From Bacteroidaceae bacterium (GTDB lineage: Bacteria; Bacteroidota; Bacteroidia; Bacteroidales; Bacteroidaceae), in the NCBI GenBank assembly GCA_045597585.1, contig JAZLKL010000181.1, forward strand, positions 965 through 64,964: a stretch of 64,000 nt of DNA. The letters run 5' to 3'. A program made the position numbers and the translations under genes. The notes beneath the pieces are model-generated. The model was not told where the DNA came from and did not search any database. It saw only the letters and a program-made list of their open reading frames with translations. This document shows positions 58,301 through 64,000 of the stretch, one piece after another (within the stretch, counting starts at the first letter, position 1; each line of letters opens with the position of its first letter).

Positions 58301-59416
58301 GAGCACATCTACGAGCGCTTCTACCAGGGCGACTCGGGCAAGAGTCACTCGGGTTCGGGTATCGGACTCAACCTGGCCTACGAACTGGTGAACCTGCATC
58401 ATGGCACTATCAAGGCGCAGAACATCCAACCCGACGGCGTGGAGTTTGTGGTGACCATTCCCTTAGGGTCTTCACACCTCACCCCGGAAGAGCTGGCACA
58501 GCCCAAGGAGGAGGCGGAGAAGGAGGCCAACCATGACAGCGTGACCGTAAAGGTGAAAGACCTTGCCACAGAGACAAAGACGGAAGAAGGCAAGAGCGAT
58601 ACCACCGACACGAAGAGAATACCCTCCCTGCTCATCGTGGACGACAAGAAGGACATACTGGAATACCTGAAGGGTGAGCTGCAGGGTGACTATAACGTAA
58701 GTCTGGCATTCAGTGGCAACAGCGCCTGGAACATGGTACTGCAGAACCGCCCCGATGTGATCGTCACCGACGTGAAGATGCCCGATGGCGATGGCATAGA
58801 GCTGTGCCGTAACATCAAGGCTAACCCCGAACTTGACCACATACCCATCATCATGCTGACAGGCGAAGGCGACGAACAGGTTCAGCTGGAGAGCATCAAC
58901 CTCAGCGTGGACCATTATATGCAGAAGCCTTTCAACATCATCATCCTCAAAGGATTACTGCGTCAGGTGCTGCGTGTACGCGAGAGTATGAAGAAGCACA
59001 TCAAGCGTTCGGACATAAACAATGACTATGAAAGCATTGAGATGGATTCGGCTGAGGATCGTCTGTTTGCACGCATCAACGACTCCCTGCAGAAGCATAT
59101 CGACGACTCGGAGTTTGGTGTGCAGGAACTGGCCGACGACATTGGCATCAGCCGTGTGCACCTGAATCGCAAGATGAAAGAAAGATACGGTTTGTCGCCC
59201 AACATCTTCATACGTAGCTTCCGTCTGAAGCAAGCTGCCTACCTGCTTGTACACAACAAGGTCAATGTGAGCGAGGTTGCCTATAGAGTAGGTTTCTCTA
59301 CGCACTCATATTTCACAAGTTCCTTCCACGAATATTTCGGAATGACGCCCAAGGAGTTTGTCACAGCTCACGCTGACGGAGAAAACGACGAAGCACTCAA
59401 GAAGCTACTGGAGTAG
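55340..59416 (+). CDS. Hybrid two-component system sensor kinase/response regulator with AraC-type output (HTCS)
   Basis: Periplasmic beta-propeller/Y_Y_Y region, one TM helix (FWAYIIYILLLAAGAYATWLF), HisKA (FTSIAHELRNPLT), HATPase (GSGIGLNL), receiver (LLIVDDKKD...DVKMPDGDG), and an AraC HTH at the C-terminus. Confidence 0.9.
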   Translation: MKYSIVSRIYILITICLFSQHIHSQTNRLYTTQHGLATSDISSLCIDSRELAWIAGKNTIGYFDGAQFHYIPNNDSHTGQPLFNNAMAITEEENDNFWVATNRGLMYFDSHKLKFEHIELNEDEGKFGGYSIKQIIDIPTRKNTKLIITEGYGVHFFDTKTHKVVEKETQKLQKQIEESFVVTAFIDTRNRIWLSTIRKDLKCFDSKTLEPIDFEISPSARELMQKSNMAEIVEVRERKALYMATYAGLLKFDEKTQRLEPVTSAIGKNIQALLYTQNNELLAGTDSEGIWKINEDESLEKYEVSDQQFDLSFGKVRDMVQDNDGNILIAFLQKGLLVIPHRRDEFRYHAISFHKNDKNTSCITSIATDSKNNFWIGTDGAGVFCTQGANFQTASPVNQGLRSLLVQSVVVDKNDNIWVATYGGGVQLWKGDHFETPHWLEMLANMNIKGMHYDKLNNLIIVASNGNGVFVLNPDTHTFEGRWVMGQSAWISTVYVDNDETLWIGDVSGVYFIDKNNEQGSLKPDIVKGTPNCFITLGSGKDKKMLIGTTNGIIIYDVASQQTERMLDHEYIAAFNESPNDIWVSASNRIYAINKQTMKTERYNSIGGFYVGEFHQGAALNKNGELFFGCDNGIISFDPRGIRQPHKIASQILFTSLRVNNAIINYSDSTVYLDKALLYADKITLPYDENSFRLTFSAPHLSSPRQVQYEYMLEGFDEHWVPCTLMQSAYYNNLPSGNYTLKVRAYIEGDPASAIDKSIRIKVMAPWYDTFWAYIIYILLLAAGAYATWLFMKNRREQRRALRAALHNEEIKEAKLRMFTSIAHELRNPLTMIVSPLNHLITVFDDEKDAAHANRENVQNNLHIMKHNCNRLLDIVKQITDMRKIDAGQFHLHFREVNMCEYIRNIATSFLGAAKMKNITFTVDDSESVIPAWIDPVHFEKIIVNILSNAFKFCPEGNRITMRTRIVGKNVEISIYNSGSSIEESALEHIYERFYQGDSGKSHSGSGIGLNLAYELVNLHHGTIKAQNIQPDGVEFVVTIPLGSSHLTPEELAQPKEEAEKEANHDSVTVKVKDLATETKTEEGKSDTTDTKRIPSLLIVDDKKDILEYLKGELQGDYNVSLAFSGNSAWNMVLQNRPDVIVTDVKMPDGDGIELCRNIKANPELDHIPIIMLTGEGDEQVQLESINLSVDHYMQKPFNIIILKGLLRQVLRVRESMKKHIKRSDINNDYESIEMDSAEDRLFARINDSLQKHIDDSEFGVQELADDIGISRVHLNRKMKERYGLSPNIFIRSFRLKQAAYLLVHNKVNVSEVAYRVGFSTHSYFTSSFHEYFGMTPKEFVTAHADGENDEALKKLLE

Positions 59417-59493
59417 CTTATCGAGCCTCCGGCCCTAATGAAAAGTGAACAATCGGCTGGCGCAGGGATTTTTTTCAAACACATTTGGTGGAA

Positions 59494-59570
59494 CGCAAAG
59501 ACGCAAAGACGCAGAGTTTTCCTTTTTAGTCTAAAAGACCTTTAACTTCTTTGCGTCTTTGCGTCTTTGC
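59494..59570. repeat. Hairpin with a 19-bp perfect stem built from GCAAAGAC words
   Basis: GCAAAGACGCAAAGACGCA (59494-59512) pairs with TGCGTCTTTGCGTCTTTGC (59552-59570). It is followed by a CTCTGTGTCTC half-arm at 59581-59612. Confidence 0.8.
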
Positions 59571-59660
59571 ATTCAATAAAACACTCTGTGTCTCAGTGTC
59601 TCTGTGTTTGAAAAAAAACGCTGCACCCCCTCGGGGACTGGGGTTACTTAATGTGACTTT

Positions 59661-60719
59661 CTACTCCCTCCCCCGGGAGGGCTGGGGAGGGGTCATTCCC
59701 TCGGGAGCTTCATACAACGATGCTGCTTCCTGAAGCTTTTCTTTCATATAAGATACAGCTTGCGGAGGAGAGAGAATCTTGACACCAGGACCATAACTCA
59801 TAAAGACAGAATACATCTCAAGGTTGATGACCACCTTTATTTCGAAGATAGAACTACCATCTTCTTCATTTCGACTTACCAACTTCTGGGAGGGATGCAT
59901 GGGCTTTGTCGCAATGTATCGACTCTGCTTGCGTGATGCCCAGAACCTTATACGATAAGGAGTGCCATTGATACCTTTACTAACGCCAATAACGTCGTCA
60001 AAGAAATGTTCTGAGTCAAAATTAGGATTCTCACGGAAGGGCACATCCACCGGCTCTATGCTGACGATACGATCTAACGGAAGGTTGTACAAAAGAAGGT
60101 CTGATGCCTTACATCCGAACAAGAACCAGCGATTACGGAACTCCTTCAGCAAATAGGGACACAAGATATACTCTTGCGGCTGATTGGCAGGGAATGGCTT
60201 GTACAGGATTCGCAAAGTCTGCTTATGCGCAATGTAGTTGTACAGAGGGTTGAGAAGTCGTATTCCCTTCAAATTAGGAACGCTGTCAAAATGCACGATA
60301 GGCTTACAGTTGCTCTTGGTCATTGCCAACTTATCCTGAAGACGACTTACCACATCACTCATTTCAGAGAATTGGTCAAAGTCTTGCAGCTGACGAAGCA
60401 TATCCACAGCCTCCTGCATCACCTCATAGTCGTTCTGCGACATCGGCATATTCGTTATGCTATAGCCAACCTCAGCATAACGGTAATACTTATTCTCATA
60501 CACTTCAATCGGAGCATTGTAGCCGAGTTTATCAGAGCGCATCATCTGGATGTCTGCTTGCACGGTTCGTACAGACACACCTTTGCGGATGCCCTCCAAA
60601 TCATAGAGAGCATCGCTACAGGCATCCACCAAGTCTTCGAGTGTCCAACGACGATAGCGGTTGCGAAGACAGTTATCTATGGTTTTATAACGGATAAGGG
60701 CGTTCTTGTTGGCTGGCAT
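59661..60719 (-). CDS. WYL-domain transcriptional regulator (N-terminal HTH, central WYL, C-terminal WCX-like region)
   Basis: Start set at MPANKNALIRYKTIDNCLRN. WYL core NRWFLFGC...LYNLPLDRIVSIEPV. The last ~20 codons run into a G/C-rich repeat. Confidence 0.85.
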   Translation of the reverse strand: MPANKNALIRYKTIDNCLRNRYRRWTLEDLVDACSDALYDLEGIRKGVSVRTVQADIQMMRSDKLGYNAPIEVYENKYYRYAEVGYSITNMPMSQNDYEVMQEAVDMLRQLQDFDQFSEMSDVVSRLQDKLAMTKSNCKPIVHFDSVPNLKGIRLLNPLYNYIAHKQTLRILYKPFPANQPQEYILCPYLLKEFRNRWFLFGCKASDLLLYNLPLDRIVSIEPVDVPFRENPNFDSEHFFDDVIGVSKGINGTPYRIRFWASRKQSRYIATKPMHPSQKLVSRNEEDGSSIFEIKVVINLEMYSVFMSYGPGVKILSPPQAVSYMKEKLQEAASLYEAPEGMTPPQPSRGRE

Positions 60720-61184
60720 TGTGGTAAAGTAAGTGATCAAATTTATTTTTATAATGGCAAAGATACGTATTTCCAGCGCATCTCGTTTGCGTAGTTGAAG
60801 GAAAATGCACTTTTTTTTGTTTTTTAGTGATTTTTTTTGTGGTTACGCAGAAAGACTGCGTACCTCGTGTCTAATTTTGTACCCGAAAACAAGAAACAGG
60901 CGTTCTTTGACATATTGTAAACAAGGTAAAAGACCCTCTCCACCGCTTTGCGCATACATATTTCCCGTTGACAAAAGTCTCCCCCCATAATGGGGAGGAT
61001 TTGGTTACAATCGCCTGATGATTGCCAAACAGAATGCGCCAGCCAATTATTCAGTATTCACTTTTTCACTTCTCGTGCAGCGAGAGTCTTATTTCAGCAT
61101 CACTCTTATTCCCCTTCTGGGGTTAGGCGAACTACCCCTCTCCAGCGAGGAACTTTTCATTTTTTAATTAAAACAAAGAATAAT

Positions 61185-62369
61185 ATGGAAAGACTAAAAT
61201 CAATTGTTGATGACTTTAAGTCATTCTTCTTCGTTACCGAACAAGATCCCAACTATGCAAAAGGTATTAACAGTACGTATGCTACTGTAGTTGCTAATAT
61301 GTCAGAGGAGATTTATAAATCATTGATGTCTAAACTCGAAAATATTCATTTTGTCAACGAATATAAAGACATCATTGGAACTGACTCTGATATGAAACAA
61401 ACCAAAGTCGCTTCTACTATCACGGTAGAACAGATGAAAGAGATTGCTCTCAAGTGTGGTCGCCTTCACAGACTCCAGGCGTGGCTAAGAGAAGCTGTCA
61501 AAGAGCGTGATAAGGCTAAAGAGGCCATAAAGAGAATCAACATCATCGACGTGTTCGACAAACCAGTAAAGCCTGAGAAACCAGAAATGCTAAAAAGTGA
61601 AGAAGCTTGTGAAATACTGGGTATTGAAATGCCAACCAGGCCAGAACTATTATCATTCACAGAATGGTTCAAGAAAAAGAATATCACTCTCCCAGAAGTT
61701 CCAATACTCACGGAATATACAGTAGAGAGTGTCATTGCAAAGATGTCTTTGAAAGAATATGAAGAGTATATTGGCAACAATTCCATGGCTGCTGTGCTTG
61801 GAAAACTTGTACATGATGATGGTCCCATCAAGCGTGCCTTTAACGAGCACTGTAACGCCATAGCCAACCCCAGAACGGCAGACGGCTGCGTGATAACCGC
61901 TCAGGAATCGATGATCTCACCCGAGGAGGCAGATAGTATCATCCCGATTTTTCTAAGTGCTCACAAGAAATACGAACGTAGAAAGAATGGTATCGCAAAG
62001 TCTATCAAGAATAAGGTGATGGAACTCCAGGTAGAAGAGAATCACAGATACAATCAGGCTATGCAAGAGTACCAAACCATCGTTTCTGACTATCGTAACA
62101 AGATGAGTGATGAGTATGATGCAGCCGTTGCTGAGTACAGCAAAACGATTGCCTTGATTGATAAGACAATCCTGGACAAGCATGCTGAAGATCAGGAGGA
62201 GTACACCAAGAGGTACAATGAATACAACGCAAAGATGGTGGAAAGAGAGAACAATTTCAATGAATATGTGATAAACATCAACAAATTTATCAATTCTTTT
62301 AAAATTGTCATTCCGAATGAAATCTTAAATGAGTTCAAGGAAATTGATTCTGAGCTCAGCAAAGAATGA
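61185..62369 (+). CDS. Orphan 394-aa Lys/Glu-rich, predicted helical/coiled-coil protein
   Basis: Start set at MERLKSIV; the upstream 65 codons of the ORF lie in repeat DNA of different composition. A+T-rich, with its own terminator. No catalytic or binding motif recognised. Confidence 0.6.
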   Translation: MERLKSIVDDFKSFFFVTEQDPNYAKGINSTYATVVANMSEEIYKSLMSKLENIHFVNEYKDIIGTDSDMKQTKVASTITVEQMKEIALKCGRLHRLQAWLREAVKERDKAKEAIKRINIIDVFDKPVKPEKPEMLKSEEACEILGIEMPTRPELLSFTEWFKKKNITLPEVPILTEYTVESVIAKMSLKEYEEYIGNNSMAAVLGKLVHDDGPIKRAFNEHCNAIANPRTADGCVITAQESMISPEEADSIIPIFLSAHKKYERRKNGIAKSIKNKVMELQVEENHRYNQAMQEYQTIVSDYRNKMSDEYDAAVAEYSKTIALIDKTILDKHAEDQEEYTKRYNEYNAKMVERENNFNEYVININKFINSFKIVIPNEILNEFKEIDSELSKE

Positions 62370-62382
62370 TAGGTAAGCATGC

Positions 62383-62414
62383 GAGAGAACATCTTGGTTC
62401 TCTCCTTGCTTTTT
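62383..62414 (+). terminator. Rho-independent terminator of the orphan gene
   Basis: Stem GAGAGAAC/GTTCTCTC followed by CTTGCTTTTT. Confidence 0.7.
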
Positions 62415-62415
62415 G

Positions 62416-62639
62416 TAATATCTTAGAAGAGGCTTATATAGATACCAATATTAGACGATAATATTTACATGTCAGATATTCTCTTATTGGAGTATAACAA
62501 ATATTAGCAATTCGCAAACTGTCATCAATGCCAAACACCTTAATCTTATCTTTCAAAATGAAAGAAAGATCTTTGTCTTAGTGGCATGATGGTCTTCGGA
62601 TTTGTTTTTGTCTTAGTCTTTATAACTTCTAAGATATTA
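62416..62639. repeat. A+T-rich segment bounded by a perfect 14-bp inverted repeat TAATATCTTAGAAG / CTTCTAAGATATTA
   Basis: The repeats are read directly at 62416-62429 and 62626-62639, with about 196 bp between them. No flanking direct repeat was seen. Confidence 0.65.
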
Positions 62640-62644
62640 ACTAT

Positions 62645-62710
62645 AGGGCAATAGTTTAATTGGATAAAACATGTGTAAACAAGATATAGGTTCGAATCCT
62701 ATTTGCCCAC
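62645..62710 (+). pseudogene. tRNA-like sequence lacking an anticodon arm (probable tRNA remnant or tRNA-like element)
   Basis: Acceptor-type pairing AGGGCAA/TTGCCCA, T at position 8, D-arm GTTT-AATTGGATA-AAAC, and T-arm ATAGG-TTCGAAT-CCTAT. Only 15 nt lie between the D- and T-arms. Confidence 0.35.
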
Positions 62711-62786
62711 TTCATAACAGAATGCCTTGTTGAGCAATATCGACAACTCCTGTTTACGCTCATCAACTCGCAGAAACATGAACACT

Positions 62787-62829
62787 AAAAAAAGCTCCCG
62801 AAGTACGAATTGCACTTCGGGAGCTTTTT
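62787..62829. terminator. Bidirectional rho-independent terminator
   Basis: 12-bp stem AGCTCCCGAAGT/ACTTCGGGAGCT flanked by an A-run and a T-run, 53 nt past the phosphorylase stop. Confidence 0.8.
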
Positions 62830-62881
62830 ATTATGTATCTATGTGAGAATGCCACAAAGAGGACTCACACATTGCTGACCA

Positions 62882-64000
62882 TTAGTTAAACCACTTTACG
62901 TAGCAGAAGTCCTGACGATGAGGCAGGTTCTCGTTCTTGGGGAAGAGACGATAAGCCACCTTGAAGCTACCAGCGTTGTTGAGCGTGTGCTCCAACTCGA
63001 AGGTGTAGAGGTTACCCTCATTGCCTACAACCTTGAATTCCTCTACACTGTAGATGTGGTCAACACCTTCCTTATCGGTATTAAGAGTTACCAACTCCAT
63101 ACCCAGAGCATCCTGCAAACCAGCCTCGTCAACTACTACACGAATGGTGTACTTCTGACCTGCTGCTACAGTACCACTTACAATCTCCTCGGGCTTTGAA
63201 GCAGAAACAATATTGATAGCATCCCAACGCTCTGCCACGCTCTCCTTCCAAGCAGCAATCTCCTTAGCCAACTTGCAGTTGTCCTTCTCAAGGATGTTAC
63301 GACGATCGCGCAACTTGTTGTAGAAGCGGCTATAGTAGTCGTCCAACTGACGCTTCATGGTGTAGTGAGGAGCAATCTGAGCAATAGAGTTCTTGATTAC
63401 CTTCACCCAACCAGCGCTGTAACCCTTGGCGTTACGAGCATAGTAGAGAGGCATGATCTCGTTCTCCAACATATTGTAGATGGTAGCTGCATCGAGCTGA
63501 TCCTGATGAGCCTGGTTCTGGTAGGTACGCTTAGCGGTAAGTGCATAACCAGCACCCTCACGGTAACCCTCGTACCACCAACCGTCGAGTACAGACAGGT
63601 TGACAACACCGTTCATCTCTGCCTTCTCACCCGAAGTACCTGATGCCTCAAGAGGACGAGTAGGTGTATTCATCCAGATATCCACACCAGAAACAAGGCG
63701 ACGAGCCAACTGCATATCGTAGTTCTCGAGGAAGATAATCTTACCGAGGAACTCAGGACGCTGGCTGATCTCGTAGATCTTCTTGATCAAGCCCTGACCT
63801 GCACCATCAGCGGGGTGAGCCTTACCGGTGTAGAGGAACTGCACAGGATAGTTGGGGTTGTTGACGATCTTAGCAAGACGCTCCAAGTCGGTGAACAACA
63901 GGTGTGCACGCTTGTAGGTAGCGAAACGACGACCGAAACCAATCAACAAGGCATTGGGATTGATTTTGTCCATGAGGTTAACCACACGGCTGGGATCACC
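62882..64000 (-). CDS. glgP: Alpha-glucan (glycogen/maltodextrin) phosphorylase, C-terminal part; the gene continues beyond the window
   Basis: GT35 C-terminal motifs (FTGKAHPAD-type [24 protein letters not shown] with the PLP-lysine context) plus a beta-sandwich tail. No start lies inside the window. Confidence 0.8.
   Translation of the reverse strand, partial: GDPSRVVNLMDKINPNALLIGFGRRFATYKRAHLLFTDLERLAKIVNNPNYPVQFLYTGKAHPADGAGQGLIKKIYEISQRPEFLGKIIFLENYDMQLARRLVSGVDIWMNTPTRPLEASGTSGEKAEMNGVVNLSVLDGWWYEGYREGAGYALTAKRTYQNQAHQDQLDAATIYNMLENEIMPLYYARNAKGYSAGWVKVIKNSIAQIAPHYTMKRQLDDYYSRFYNKLRDRRNILEKDNCKLAKEIAAWKESVAERWDAINIVSASKPEEIVSGTVAAGQKYTIRVVVDEAGLQDALGMELVTLNTDKEGVDHIYSVEEFKVVGNEGNLYTFELEHTLNNAGSFKVAYRLFPKNENLPHRQDFCYVKWFN

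Noticed and set aside
60990-61184. N-terminal extensions offered by the ORF track. Regions: 60990-61184, 23545-23715 (gyrA), 23654-23779 (clpC), 46024-46371 (trpC), 47182-47334 (trpF), 54962-55009 (GH43), 5029-5148, 31370-31444 (HU), 60720-60740 (WYL, TTG start).
   Set aside because: The extensions run through repeat, promoter or neighbouring-gene sequence and lack family conservation. Internal ATGs give canonical N-termini or signal peptides.
62711-62786. A 26-codon minus-strand ORF (MFLRVDERKQELSILLNKAFCYEVGK) overlapping the 3' end of the tRNA-like sequence.
   Set aside because: It is very short, has no start context or promoter box, and overlaps a structured element. It could be a gene fragment, but this cannot be supported from sequence alone.
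1-64000. Integrase, transposase, relaxase, phage structural genes, toxin-antitoxin pairs or restriction-modification genes that would define a mobile or defence island.
   Set aside because: I recognised none in any frame of the ORF track. The islet at 59.4-62.9 kb and the repeats can therefore only be called mobile-like from sequence architecture, not from gene content.

Overview
This 64-kb window looks like a Bacteroidales chromosome, probably Prevotella/Segatella-like. That placement is an inference from TAnnTTTG-type promoter boxes, a hybrid two-component regulator next to glycoside hydrolases, and the trpB-E-G-D-C-F-A gene order. All protein calls come from motifs I recognise in the supplied translations; no searches were run. 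Most of the window is ordinary core genome. It carries glycan-degradation genes (GH2, a GH127-like/HEXXH-protein operon, GH30, and GH31+GH43 with an HTCS regulator). It carries housekeeping and stress genes (an RSH protein, gyrA, clpC, htpG, nadE, HU, serA/serC, a DEAD-box helicase) and a complete trp operon. It also carries transporters and small secreted proteins. I see no rRNA, no intact tRNA, no CRISPR array and no integrase, transposase or phage genes. The best candidate for something new is an A+T-rich two-gene islet at about 59.4-62.9 kb. There a WYL-domain regulator is divergent from an orphan 394-aa coiled-coil protein. The islet is bordered by repeats, followed by a segment bounded by a 14-bp inverted repeat, and then by a 65-nt tRNA-like remnant that lacks an anticodon arm. 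The second notable property is that almost every intergenic gap over about 120 bp is filled with mosaic repeats. These include a palindromic element family with one nested insertion, a MITE-like insertion with an 8-bp direct repeat inside the trp operon followed by a small membrane ORF coupled to trpD, long hairpins, and short-period 'stutter' repeats. Smaller observations are a C-terminal QLTLF clamp-binding-like motif on an orphan protein, an RSH protein with a degenerate synthetase domain, a secreted caspase-fold protein, and an EF-hand/Cys-rich lipoprotein.
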